DNA of 64,000 bases from Anaerolineales bacterium (GCA_034430615.1 DAOUEJ010000204.1:2903-66902), one strand, 5' to 3'; shown: positions 9,751 through 19,253, counted from the stretch's first letter. Notes: a model not told the origin generated them from the sequence alone. A program made the numbers and translations.

Positions 9751-10674
9751 ATGTACAAAATCGGCGAGAACATTCACATCATTTCACCCCGCGTAAAAGA
9801 AGCACTGGCTGAGCGGGATGGGACCTTCTTCGTCGAACTGGCGCGCAAGCAGAAAGCTGCTGGCGCAGACGCCATCGACTTGAATATCGGCCCACGTAAG
9901 AAGGACGGCCCAGAGGTCGTCGAGTGGCTGGTGGATTGCATGCAGGAGGCCATTCCCGGCATGACCATCTCCTTCGACACGGTCAACCTGGCCGCGATTG
10001 AGGTTGGCTTACAGCGCTGGGGCTCGAACGCCATCATCAACAGCACTTCAGCCGAGGAAGAACGCCTGGAGGCAGTACCCCTAGTCGCCGCTAAGTACGG
10101 CGCCAAGTTGATCGCTCTGTGCATGGAGAAGAGCGGCATTCCGGTCAGCGCCGATGCACGCGTCGCCATCGCTATGGAGAAACTCATCCCGCGTGCAATG
10201 GAAGTGGGCATGCCGATCGAGAACCTGCTGGTCGACCCGCTTATCCTGACCGTCTCCGGTTGCCAGGAATACGTGCCGGAAGCGATCGAAACCGTGCGCA
10301 TGTTAAAGATGGTTGCTGATCCGCCGCCGATGACCGTCGTCGGTTTGTCGAACGTCTCCAATGCTGTGCCGAATGAGATGCGGCCGCTCCTGAACCGGGT
10401 ATACATGGTAATGCTCATGGCTGTTGGGCTGGACGCGGCCATCCTCGATCCACTCGATCGGCAATTGATGAATGTAATCAAAGCCGTACAGGACCGTGAT
10501 GAGAGCACACCCGTGAACGCGCTTTACCTGAAGCTGTTCGACGCCGTCGCAGCGATGGAGCAGCTACAGGTTGAGCAGGTGGACATGTCCGATCCCGCCC
10601 AGGCCGAGATCTGGAAGACGGTGCAGGTACTGCTGAACAAAGTGATATACACCGATTCCTATCTGCAGTTCTGA
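9751..10674 (+). CDS. acsE: Methyltetrahydrofolate:corrinoid/iron-sulfur protein methyltransferase
   Basis: 307 aa pterin-binding (DHPS-like) barrel (IGENIH..., DAIDLNIGP, SFDT, GLSNVS). Last gene of the acs operon. Confidence 0.85.
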   Translation: MYKIGENIHIISPRVKEALAERDGTFFVELARKQKAAGADAIDLNIGPRKKDGPEVVEWLVDCMQEAIPGMTISFDTVNLAAIEVGLQRWGSNAIINSTSAEEERLEAVPLVAAKYGAKLIALCMEKSGIPVSADARVAIAMEKLIPRAMEVGMPIENLLVDPLILTVSGCQEYVPEAIETVRMLKMVADPPPMTVVGLSNVSNAVPNEMRPLLNRVYMVMLMAVGLDAAILDPLDRQLMNVIKAVQDRDESTPVNALYLKLFDAVAAMEQLQVEQVDMSDPAQAEIWKTVQVLLNKVIYTDSYLQF

Positions 10675-10681
10675 CACACTG

Positions 10682-10709
10682 GGGCCTCGATATTCTCGAG
10701 GCCCTTTTT
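10682..10709 (+). terminator. Intrinsic terminator after acsE
   Basis: 9-bp GC-rich stem gggcctcga / tcgaggccc, 5-nt loop, followed by TTTTT, 8 nt after the acsE stop. Confidence 0.8.
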
Positions 10710-10757
10710 GATCTGATTAGTACGGCATTGGCTGCCGCACTGAAGGAGGTAATGCCC

Positions 10758-12119
10758 ATGGCCGAGAAGGCCCAACCGCTCAATGTGGAGGAACTGCTGG
10801 CGAAAGCCCAGCAGCCTTCAGCGGACGCGATGGTGCTTCACCCTTTTTACAAGGGGAAAGTTGAAACTGCACTGAAGTGCTGTGTCCGCGATTTCCACGA
10901 TTTCGCAATCTGGTACACGCCCGGAGTGGCTGCACCCTGCCGGGCGATCGCCGAGGATCCCGAACTGGTCTACGAGCATACCCACAAGGGCAACACAGTG
11001 GCGGTAGTCTCGGATGGGACACGGGTGCTCGGACTGGGCGATATCGGCCCCAAAGCCGGGCTGCCGGTGATGGAGGGCAAGGCGCTGCTTTATAAATACC
11101 TGGGTGGCGTCGATGCCTGGCCGATCATGCTCGACACGAAGGACCCGGATCAGATCATCCAGACCGTGCTCCTGATCCAACCCGGTTTCGGAGGGGTAAA
11201 TCTGGAGGATCTTTCGCAGCCGAAATGCTTCCGCATCCTCGACACGCTGCGTGAGCAGGCCGAGATCCCAGTCTGGCATGACGATCAGCAGGGTACGGCC
11301 ACGGTCACACTGGCCGGCTTGATCAACGCCTTGAAAATCGTCGGCAAACCCATCGACGAGGCCGAGATCGTCTTCGTTGGCTCGGGTGCAGCGAATGTGG
11401 CCTGCGCCCGTCTGATCTTCCAGAGCGGGGCTAACCCGGCCCTGACGCGCATCGTCGACAGCAAGGGCATCCTGCATAAGGACCGCAAGGATCTCGAACT
11501 GCGCAAAGCGGAGTACGTCGACAAGTGGAAGTTCTGCCAGATCACAAATGAGGAAGGACGCGAGGGCGGTATCGAGGATGCGATGCGAGGCGCCGACGTT
11601 GTAATCGCCCTCTCCAAACCCGGGCCGGGTACGATCTTGCCGGAATGGGTGCGGGGGATGGCCAAGGGCGCTATCGTCTTTGCGTGCGCTAACCCGGTGC
11701 CCGAGATCTGGCCCTGGGAGGCGATCGAGGCGGGTGCGGCTGTGGTCGCTACTGGCCGCTCGGACTTCCCGAACCAGGTCAACAACTCGCTCGGTTTTCC
11801 GGGCATCTTCCGCGGCACCCTTGATGTGCGCGCCTCTACCATTACAGATACGATGTGCATTGCTGCTGCGCATGCCCTCGCTGGCATGGCGGAGGAGAAC
11901 GGCCTGCGGGCAGACTATATCATGCCCAATATGGATGAGTGGGAGGTCTTCCCGCGCGAGGCAGCCGCTGTGGCTGCGAAAGCCGTGGAAGAAGGGCTTG
12001 CACGCATTCCCATGACCTACGAGGAAGAGTTGAAGAATGCCGAGCGGATCATCCGTCGCTCACGCGATCTTACAGCGAACATGATGCAGGAAGGCTTCAT
12101 AAAAGCCTGTGAACTCTGA
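10758..12119 (+). CDS. NAD(P)-dependent malic enzyme (short form, no PTA domain)
   Basis: Start moved to ATG 10758 (GGAGG at 10745-10749, 8-nt spacing). [28 protein letters not shown] and GSGAANVA motifs typical of bacterial malic enzymes. Confidence 0.88.
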   Translation: MAEKAQPLNVEELLAKAQQPSADAMVLHPFYKGKVETALKCCVRDFHDFAIWYTPGVAAPCRAIAEDPELVYEHTHKGNTVAVVSDGTRVLGLGDIGPKAGLPVMEGKALLYKYLGGVDAWPIMLDTKDPDQIIQTVLLIQPGFGGVNLEDLSQPKCFRILDTLREQAEIPVWHDDQQGTATVTLAGLINALKIVGKPIDEAEIVFVGSGAANVACARLIFQSGANPALTRIVDSKGILHKDRKDLELRKAEYVDKWKFCQITNEEGREGGIEDAMRGADVVIALSKPGPGTILPEWVRGMAKGAIVFACANPVPEIWPWEAIEAGAAVVATGRSDFPNQVNNSLGFPGIFRGTLDVRASTITDTMCIAAAHALAGMAEENGLRADYIMPNMDEWEVFPREAAAVAAKAVEEGLARIPMTYEEELKNAERIIRRSRDLTANMMQEGFIKACEL

Positions 12120-12147
12120 TGCGCAGGGTAAGGAGTGAGAAAATACT

Positions 12148-13047
12148 ATGTATGACTTGATCATCCTCGGCGGCGGCCCAGCCGGGCTAACCGCCACCGT
12201 CTATGCCCTACGGAAGCGTTTAAATGTCTTGCTCATCACGCGCGACCTGGGCGGAAAGACGAATTACCATCTGCAGCTGCCGTTCGTCGAGAAGCACCTC
12301 GTGATTACTGGCGCCGAGGTCGTCAGCCGCTTCGCTAACGAGATCGAGTATCTCGAGTTCTCCCGCGTCTTCGACAAGGCCGAGAAGGTGCAAAAAACGA
12401 AAGAGGGCTTCAAGGTATCGACGCACGAAGGCGGAGAGTATGAATCGAAGGCCCTGATCGTCGCCACTGGTGCGTTGGGACGGTTGCTCAATATCCCGGG
12501 CGAGAAAGAATACATGATGCGCGGCTTGTGCTACAGCGCTGTCTCGTACGCACCTTTGTTCATCGAACGCAACGTGGTCGTGATCGGCGACACGCAGCTT
12601 GCGCTGCGCTCCGCTGCTGAACTGGCGCACATCGCCCGCGAAGTGACTCTTGTTGCACCATCTCACGGCGACCTGGATACCTCACTTGGGCGCAACGTGC
12701 TCAAGGCAGAAAATGTTAGGGTGATGGAAGGCTACCGTGTGAATGAGGTCAAGGGCGACGAGTATGCCCGGCGTATCCTGGTCAGCAAAAATGGCGATTC
12801 AACCGAATTGGAGGCAGATGCTTTCTTCGTTGAACTCGAGCTTGAGCCCCAATCCGAGATTGTCTCCGGAATGGTAGCGCGCGATGACCGCAACAGGATC
12901 ATGATCGATGGCCGCAACCGGACGTCAACCGAGGGGCTTTTCGCCGCCGGTGATGTGACCGATGTCATCGCCGAGCAGGTTTTAATCTCGGTCGGGGAGG
13001 GTGCAAAAGCCGCCCTCTCGGCGTACGAGTACCTGCTGCAGCTGTAA
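12148..13047 (+). CDS. Thioredoxin-reductase-fold FAD-dependent oxidoreductase lacking the CxxC redox motif
   Basis: N-terminal FAD motif ILGGGPAGLTA and C-terminal GLFAAGDV. The position of the TrxR CATC motif reads SAVS (12535-12546), and GGGNTA reads GDTQLA. Confidence 0.7.
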   Translation: MYDLIILGGGPAGLTATVYALRKRLNVLLITRDLGGKTNYHLQLPFVEKHLVITGAEVVSRFANEIEYLEFSRVFDKAEKVQKTKEGFKVSTHEGGEYESKALIVATGALGRLLNIPGEKEYMMRGLCYSAVSYAPLFIERNVVVIGDTQLALRSAAELAHIAREVTLVAPSHGDLDTSLGRNVLKAENVRVMEGYRVNEVKGDEYARRILVSKNGDSTELEADAFFVELELEPQSEIVSGMVARDDRNRIMIDGRNRTSTEGLFAAGDVTDVIAEQVLISVGEGAKAALSAYEYLLQL

Positions 13048-13065
13048 ATAAAAGACACAGATCAT

Positions 13066-13093
13066 GTAGGGGCGCATGGCGATGCGCCCCTAC
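13066..13093. repeat. REP-like 28-nt palindrome, copy 1
   Basis: gtaggggcgcat-ggcg-atgcgcccctac: 12-bp perfect stem, 4-nt loop, 19 nt after the stop of 12148..13047. Confidence 0.85.
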
Positions 13094-13167
13094 GGTATCC
13101 AGATGACACATCACATGTATGGGAATGGTAGTCCCTGGCTGTCGCGGTAGTTGGAATTTCCCAACTT

Positions 13168-13195
13168 GTAGGGGCACGATGCATCGTGCCCCTAC
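13168..13195. repeat. REP-like 28-nt palindrome, copy 2
   Basis: gtaggggcacgatgcatcgtgcccctac is fully self-complementary. A small hairpin gttgg-aatttc-ccaac sits just upstream. Confidence 0.85.
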
Positions 13196-13294
13196 GCTGT
13201 CCTTTGCGACCTCCTGCCTCTTAATATTGCCATCTCACCCAACTACAACAGATGCGCATTACCATCTGTCCCTTCGAGATTTCAGATTTCCCAT

Positions 13295-13322
13295 GTAGGG
13301 GCGACCGGCCGGTCGCCCCTAC
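13295..13322. repeat. REP-like 28-nt palindrome, copy 3
   Basis: gtaggggcgaccggccggtcgcccctac is fully self-complementary. Lies 35 nt downstream of the stop of minus-strand gene 13357..14616. Confidence 0.85.
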
Positions 13323-13356
13323 GATAATCAGATGGACAATTACAGCGGGATTCGGA

Positions 13357-14616
13357 TTATCCTCGTCCCAGCAGTGTCAGGAAAAATCGGTGGGGCGTGA
13401 AGGCCTGGCCGGAGAGCAGATCCTGGACGCGAAACATCCGTGCCGCAATCCTGACTGCCAGGACAGCCGTCAGCGCCAGCAACCCGGCTGAGACCCCCAG
13501 CTGCCAGCCAGGGACGCCTCCGCTGGTCAATCGCATGACCATCCCGATCGGGGCCGTTAACGGGAAGAGGCTGATCGCTGTTGCTAACGGACCGTTAGGC
13601 ACGTCCATGGCCATAATCGACACAAAGTACCCCAGGAAGAGCGGGGAGGCCACTACCCAGGTTGCAGCCGATATCTCCTTCAGATTCGGCACCAGTGCCC
13701 CGGCACCCGCCATGAGCGAGGCATATACCGCATACCCCATGATAAAGAAGGCGATCGTCCACAACACAACCGAGGGCGGGATCGAAAACCCGGGCGGGAT
13801 GTTCAGAATGGCGGCGCCCACACCAAGCGCAAGGTATCCAGAAACAACCCATGCCGCGGCAGCCGCCAGCGCTGCCAGCCCGAGCCCCATAATTTTGCCC
13901 ACGAGCAGCTGCTGGGGCGACGCAGAAACCAGCAGCACCTCCATAACCCGGTTCTGCTTCTCGCTGCTCACGCTGCGCATCAGGATCCCAGCTCCGTTCA
14001 TCAAGATCACGAAGTAAAGGACTGTGACAAAGAGCGGCAGCATGCGCAGGACCGGGTTGGATTCGCAGTTTGGACCGGGGCGCGTGCAAGCGCCTTCCAT
14101 AGCCTGGTCAACGCTCAGATCCTGAACCTGTAACACCATCGGGTTCACCACCCGCTGCGCCACCTCCAGATCAGCTCCCAGCAAATTGTAGGTCAGGGCC
14201 CAGCGCATCACCCAATCACGCGGATCGGAGGAGAAGGGTGAATACTCTTTGCGGACAACGTCAAGCCTGCCGCTCTGCAGATAATCCGCCGGTATGAGGA
14301 AGTAGCCGCCGATCTCGCCTGCTTCCAGGGCCGCCCGTGCGTCCGCTTCATCTGCATAGGGCAGCAGCATACCAGCCTCAATATCACCAGGGAGGGCAGT
14401 GATCAACCCACTGTTATCCACAAACCCTTCTGGAGAGGCTGCTGGTTGATTTGATTGCCCGCCATCTGAAGATTGCACACTGGAGGTAGAGAAGCGGTTG
14501 AAGGCTGATAAACCGAGCATTGCTACGATCGGGAGCAACACCCCGAAGAACAGGAATGATCTGCGTGAAAGGGTTGTAATAAGTTCGTGCTTCAGGATCA
14601 GGAAGGTCTTCTGCAT
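13357..14616 (-). CDS. ABC-2 type (NatB-like) transporter permease
   Basis: Listed ORF 13357..15051 trimmed to Met146 (MQKTFLILKHEL...). Its ATG overlaps the upstream stop (TGATG at 14614-14618). One N-terminal TM, a large extracytoplasmic domain, then 5 C-terminal TMs. Confidence 0.8.
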   Translation of the reverse strand: MQKTFLILKHELITTLSRRSFLFFGVLLPIVAMLGLSAFNRFSTSSVQSSDGGQSNQPAASPEGFVDNSGLITALPGDIEAGMLLPYADEADARAALEAGEIGGYFLIPADYLQSGRLDVVRKEYSPFSSDPRDWVMRWALTYNLLGADLEVAQRVVNPMVLQVQDLSVDQAMEGACTRPGPNCESNPVLRMLPLFVTVLYFVILMNGAGILMRSVSSEKQNRVMEVLLVSASPQQLLVGKIMGLGLAALAAAAAWVVSGYLALGVGAAILNIPPGFSIPPSVVLWTIAFFIMGYAVYASLMAGAGALVPNLKEISAATWVVASPLFLGYFVSIMAMDVPNGPLATAISLFPLTAPIGMVMRLTSGGVPGWQLGVSAGLLALTAVLAVRIAARMFRVQDLLSGQAFTPHRFFLTLLGRG

Positions 14617-15845
14617 CACGCCACCCTCTCTTCCGGGGAGAAAATGCGGCGGGGGAGCAGTTCCCGCAAGCGAATGCGTTGGCCGTAACGCAGCATGCCA
14701 AGGCGGAAAGCGCGCCCGGCAAGCCAGACAGCTGCTCCCGCCACGATCCCCTGGACGATGAAGCTGATCAAAAGCTGCCCAAGCGGGATCACCATAAACA
14801 GGTTGCGGATCCCGATTGTCATGAGCGAGGTGAAAGGGATCATTGAGAGACCGACGGAGAAAGCCCCCTGAGGGTGGTCGCCAATTGCGGTCAGTGCATA
14901 GATCGGCAGGAAGAAAATCAGGATGAAAAACCCGGAGAGCGCCTGCCCTTCCTGGAGTTCGGCGACTGTTGACCCAATCATCACCATCAGTGCGATCGCC
15001 GAGATGTAGTTGGGCAGCGCAATAAGCATCACCGTCACCAAACCTCCCCAATCAACCTGTGCATCTTTTAACCAACGCAGGTCAAGGAGCTCACGGCCGA
15101 CAAGGAAGGCCCCAAAACCAATCAAGCCCCAACAAACCAGCAATGTCAGGCTAATGCCGATGATGCCCAGCATCTTCCCCCGCACGAGCGTGCCAGGCGA
15201 GACGGAGGTAATCAACACCTCCATGGTCCGCGATTCGCGTTCACCGGCCACAGCACCCATCGCATATCCCGCAGACATCATGAGTAAAAAGACAAAGCCG
15301 GCGCTGATAATCAAGGGTAAGGTTACCGAGAAAGGTGGACCACCATCCGGGTACGAACGACCGCTGTACGGTGTGGTTACGGTCGCCTGCGTACCAAGGA
15401 TTACCCGCTCGACGACGGGCTCAGGATAGCTCTGCATCAAGTGAAATTGTAGAAAGTCGTAGAAATCCGAACGCGCATTCTGGGAGACTTCTTTGTCAAA
15501 GGTCAGCGTAACCTCGCCCGACGTCCGGTAATCCGTCGCGAGCACGTAATAACCCTGTATCTCTCCCAAATCAAGGGCTGTCCGCGCCTCCGTACTGCTC
15601 TTGAAGGCGCGAATTTCGATTGCATCATCTCCAAGAACCGAATGGTAATCATGTTTGACCTCTATCACACCGGCCTCATCGACATATCCAACAGGGGTCT
15701 TGCTGGTGCTCAACACATCGGTGATGACCCCGATGCCGATGGAGAAGGTCAGGAAAAGCGGCAGGCTGAGGAGCGTGAGCAGGAAGCTGCGCTTGATGAC
15801 GTTCGTGCGGTATTCATTTCGTGCGATCAGCAGGATCTTCGACAT
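14616..15845 (-). CDS. ABC-2 type (NatB-like) transporter permease
   Basis: 409 aa with the same topology as its paralogue downstream. Its start overlaps the ATPase stop at 15845. Confidence 0.8.
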   Translation of the reverse strand: MSKILLIARNEYRTNVIKRSFLLTLLSLPLFLTFSIGIGVITDVLSTSKTPVGYVDEAGVIEVKHDYHSVLGDDAIEIRAFKSSTEARTALDLGEIQGYYVLATDYRTSGEVTLTFDKEVSQNARSDFYDFLQFHLMQSYPEPVVERVILGTQATVTTPYSGRSYPDGGPPFSVTLPLIISAGFVFLLMMSAGYAMGAVAGERESRTMEVLITSVSPGTLVRGKMLGIIGISLTLLVCWGLIGFGAFLVGRELLDLRWLKDAQVDWGGLVTVMLIALPNYISAIALMVMIGSTVAELQEGQALSGFFILIFFLPIYALTAIGDHPQGAFSVGLSMIPFTSLMTIGIRNLFMVIPLGQLLISFIVQGIVAGAAVWLAGRAFRLGMLRYGQRIRLRELLPRRIFSPEERVA

Positions 15846-16741
15846 CAGCGCACATCTCCCTGGACAACCCGGATGAAGATTTCGTCCAGTTCCGGAACAG
15901 CTAACTCGAAATGTTCGACCACCGCATGATTGTCAAGCAGCGCCCTCAGTAACGAATCCGGCGACACGCCTGGTTTGAGGCTGAGCTTGCTGGTGGCGTT
16001 ATGGTCCTCGATCGAGTAAACGATGTCCAGCGATGGGAGTGGACCGTGCGTGCGGACAAGGACCTCCTCGCCGGAATACTTCTTACGAATGGCCTGGAGT
16101 TCACCATAAAGGAGCGTGACCCCCTTGTCGATCAAGACGATGCGGTCGCAGAGTTCCTCGACCTGATGCATCTGGTGCGTCGACATCAGTATGCTCGTGC
16201 CGGCCTGGCTCAAGTCACGCATCAAATCCTTAACCATCTGGGTGTTGATTGGGTCGAGCGCCGTGAAGGGTTCATCGATGATGATCAACTCGGGCTCGTG
16301 GATGATGGTGTTGATGATCTGGGCTTTTTGCTGCATGCCCTTGCTCAGAGTCTTTACTGGTTTCTTGCGGTGTTCAGCCAGGTCAAAGCGCTCGAGCAGA
16401 CCACCGAGCCGAGCGGTTGCCTCGGCTGCCGTCAGGCCTTTCAATGTCGCCAGGTACACCAAACAGCGTCCCAGCGGCAAATCCTGATATAGGCCGCGTT
16501 CCTCGGGCATGTACCCAATACGATTGTTCTTGGACTGATCCATGGGTCCGCCCAGGATCGCAACCCGGCCAGTATCTGGTTTAAACAAATCGAGAATAAT
16601 CCGGATCGTGGTCGTCTTTCCTGCGCCGTTCGGGCCTAGCAGACCCAGGATTTCACCTTCATGCACTTCGAAACTCACATCGCACACGGCCTGCGTTGTC
16701 CCAAACGACTTGGCAACATGTTCGACTTTAATCACGTCCAT
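15845..16741 (-). CDS. ABC transporter ATP-binding protein (NatA/ABC-2 subfamily)
   Basis: Walker A GPNGAGKTT, signature LSKGMQQK, Walker B IIIDEPFTALD, H-loop STHQM. Confidence 0.9.
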   Translation of the reverse strand: MDVIKVEHVAKSFGTTQAVCDVSFEVHEGEILGLLGPNGAGKTTTIRIILDLFKPDTGRVAILGGPMDQSKNNRIGYMPEERGLYQDLPLGRCLVYLATLKGLTAAEATARLGGLLERFDLAEHRKKPVKTLSKGMQQKAQIINTIIHEPELIIIDEPFTALDPINTQMVKDLMRDLSQAGTSILMSTHQMHQVEELCDRIVLIDKGVTLLYGELQAIRKKYSGEEVLVRTHGPLPSLDIVYSIEDHNATSKLSLKPGVSPDSLLRALLDNHAVVEHFELAVPELDEIFIRVVQGDVR

Positions 16742-16771
16742 GGCTGTGTTTTCTCCATTTTGAGTATATCC

Positions 16772-17686
16772 CTACCGGGACAGCGTCTCGACTCGGTTCT
16801 GTTCCTGGCGCTGCCGTACTATCGACTCGCGAGCGTAATAGGCCCCTCGCACCACTCGTTCTGATCTCTTTGAGGAAAGATACGCACGCATTATTGCTTC
16901 ACCCCTGTGGATCATCGCCTCCGTCTTGCTGAAATCAAACAGCGAGTGGCCATCGTAGTCCGTCATGGCGATATGATGGAGACGATCCCCAAGCGTCTGC
17001 CGGGCCTGCTCAATCTCAAACTGCGCCAGATGATAAAGAACAATATCCGCCTCGTGTAAAAGGATCGGGATGACCCCGCGCAACCAATTTTCCTTTATCT
17101 TAAGCGCGGTCAGGTCGAGCGCAAAGACCTCGTCCGCCCTCCGCTCAAGAGCGGTTAGGATCGGGAGATTCGATAAGTATCCACCATCGATATATCTACG
17201 ACCCTGGATCTCCCAGGGAGCGAAGAAGAGCTGAATTGAGGTACTCGCCATGATTGCATCAACCAGGTTCATCTGCCGTTCATCTCCAAAGATGACCAGC
17301 CGCCCCGTTTGAAGGTCGACGGCCGTGATATAGAGCTGCGCGCCCTGAATATCCTCGAAGGTTCGAGCCTGGGCGAGCACGTGGCGCCGAACAAAGCAGT
17401 GGAATTGATCATTCGAGACCAGGCTATCCCGACGCATGAGCATGCGCATGGCGATCGTGATCAGATTTGGGTCGTAGATACGCGTCGTCTCAACATTTCG
17501 CCAGAAAGTGATCAGCCGTTGACCGCCTGTGATGCTCGGATCGACGGCCAGGCCAGTGGCGTTGATTGCCCCGACCGAAGAACCGATGACGATGTCTGGT
17601 TTAATCCCTGCCTTGAGCAGCGCCTTTAACGCGCCCACCTGGAGGGCGCCTCTGCTCCCTCCACCGCTTAAGACAAAAGCTATCAT
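16772..17686 (-). CDS. Patatin-like phospholipase
   Basis: Start trimmed to MIAFVLSGGGSRG (ATG 17686). Oxyanion GGGSRG, nucleophile elbow GSSVGA, catalytic DGG (YIDGGYLSN). Confidence 0.85.
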   Translation of the reverse strand: MIAFVLSGGGSRGALQVGALKALLKAGIKPDIVIGSSVGAINATGLAVDPSITGGQRLITFWRNVETTRIYDPNLITIAMRMLMRRDSLVSNDQFHCFVRRHVLAQARTFEDIQGAQLYITAVDLQTGRLVIFGDERQMNLVDAIMASTSIQLFFAPWEIQGRRYIDGGYLSNLPILTALERRADEVFALDLTALKIKENWLRGVIPILLHEADIVLYHLAQFEIEQARQTLGDRLHHIAMTDYDGHSLFDFSKTEAMIHRGEAIMRAYLSSKRSERVVRGAYYARESIVRQRQEQNRVETLSR

Positions 17687-18280
17687 GCTGCACCTCTTGC
17701 TTCTCCGCCACTGCCGGGCGTCGGTTGTGGCCCCATCAGTTTGCACCCTATGCTCAATTCCTTCCTGAGAGTGCGCTGACGATTGAACGACCCCGGCTGA
17801 CATTCACTGAGATCAATGATCAGTTTCCCGCCCCTCCAGCCAAGGGCACTTAGTTGTACCCTTGGCTCCAGGAAGGAGAAGCGAAGCCTTAGCCACAGTT
17901 CCAGGTACAGCGACCCAGGAGAAAGGCGGTCTTGAGGACCGACATCAGCTTTCTAAAGGAGTTGGGAATCACACATCCCCTAGGTAAGGAAATCGTGCTT
18001 CCAATCCGAACGATGCCATCCCCTCTATCTATACGAATAAGTCTTCCTCGAGGATCAAGGGATCTCGGGCCAGATCCTATACACCCCACCGATCAGGAAT
18101 AATTGGATGAACCCTCGTCGCTCCGCTGGTAGTACCTAATGAGAGAAGATTCAGGCTGTTTTCTCCTCTCATGGATGGGTAGGCTATAGGGATCCACCTC
18201 CCTGGCCTGCCAGGAAGGAGATAGGTATCATCCTGCGAATAGGGGTTGGGCTTTCATCACCATCAATCTCTGGGGAGCGT

Positions 18281-19102
18281 ATGAAAAAGCGCCAGATCGG
18301 AAACATCACACTCTATTTTGATCCAAGCGAAGAGTCCACGGCCGACCTCGTTGCCGGGGTTATCGATGAAACCAGCTGGATCCTGCGCTCACGCTGGTCG
18401 CTGGAAATCCCCTCCGACTGTCATCTGATTGTAATGACTTCCTGGCAGCAATTCTTCTTCAATGCCGCGCCCCTTGCCTATAGGTTCGGCCTGGTCATCA
18501 GCCTACCGCTCTGGGTCTGGAGAGTGAAGGCAATGTGGCGCGTCGCAGGTGGCTGGACCAACCGTTTTGGCCATCGTGTTGCTGTCGGCGTAAAGCCGCC
18601 TTCCCTCCTAGCCGGGGCTGACCGGCGGATTGGTGAACGCATCTTCGTCTCAATTGACGATCCCCGCGAGAAGGTCCGCCAGATCACCTGCCACGAGCTG
18701 ACCCATGCTGCCAGCGCGGCCCGGAAACTCCCCATGTGGCTCAACGAAGGCTTTGCCACCCGCACAGTTGATCATCTTGCAGGTTACCCCACCATTCGAG
18801 CCGATACGCTCCAACTGCTCTCAAGTCCTGACACCGGTGTCAAGCCGCTCGGCTATCGCAACCTCCGTCTGAAGGACCAGGAGTCGATCGTGTACGAGTA
18901 TGCTCGCGGGTACTGGCTGACACGATTGCTCGACGAGCAATATCCCGATAAGCTCACCAATTGTATGACGAAGGGCTCAGATCGGTCACAAGAGGACATC
19001 GTCGCCGAAGCACTTGGCCTTCCCCGTGATGAGTTGTGGGCAGCCCTGAACCCGCTGCTCCTCGAACACTTTGCGATTGAAGCCGAGCTGCATCGGAAGT
19101 AG
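18281..19102 (+). CDS. Peptidase-MA-like (gluzincin) putative zinc metalloprotease
   Basis: HELTH followed 13 residues later by WLNEGFA, the HExxH...EG arrangement of Peptidase_MA_2-like proteins. 273 aa. Confidence 0.6.
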   Translation: MKKRQIGNITLYFDPSEESTADLVAGVIDETSWILRSRWSLEIPSDCHLIVMTSWQQFFFNAAPLAYRFGLVISLPLWVWRVKAMWRVAGGWTNRFGHRVAVGVKPPSLLAGADRRIGERIFVSIDDPREKVRQITCHELTHAASAARKLPMWLNEGFATRTVDHLAGYPTIRADTLQLLSSPDTGVKPLGYRNLRLKDQESIVYEYARGYWLTRLLDEQYPDKLTNCMTKGSDRSQEDIVAEALGLPRDELWAALNPLLLEHFAIEAELHRK

Positions 19103-19253
19103 CCACACCCGAACCCTTGACTGAGCAGTTGAGCCTCTCAAGTCCTGGAACGGCGATCTCGCCCGAATTTAACACTTGGAAGTGTGGGCCAGACGGGGTA
19201 TAAAGCCCTTTATTCTGTTCGTCCCAATACAGGCAAACCCAAGAGGAGCTCGC

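Noticed and set aside
14617-15051. N-terminal 145-aa extension of listed ORF 13357..15051 (-). Similar N-terminal extensions occur on ORFs 26262.., 19176.., 43254.., 44779.., 54634..55464 and 53493..54701.
   Set aside because: The extensions overlap upstream genes or lack protein-like composition. Internal Met codons with good RBS spacing, or stop/start overlaps, give products that begin where family homology begins.
16772-17686. Patatin-like phospholipase as a CBASS (CapV-type) defence effector.
   Set aside because: No CD-NTase/cyclase, E1/E2/JAB or other CBASS partner is adjacent. Its neighbours are an ABC exporter and a divergent metalloprotease/glycosyltransferase pair.
17990-18135. Possible sixth, degenerate copy of the MITE-like element in the patatin/peptidase intergenic region (gaaccctcgtcgctccgct resembles the 3' arm).
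   Set aside because: Only about 16 nt of one arm match. The expected 5' arm and terminal GATGACATTAA are not recognisable.
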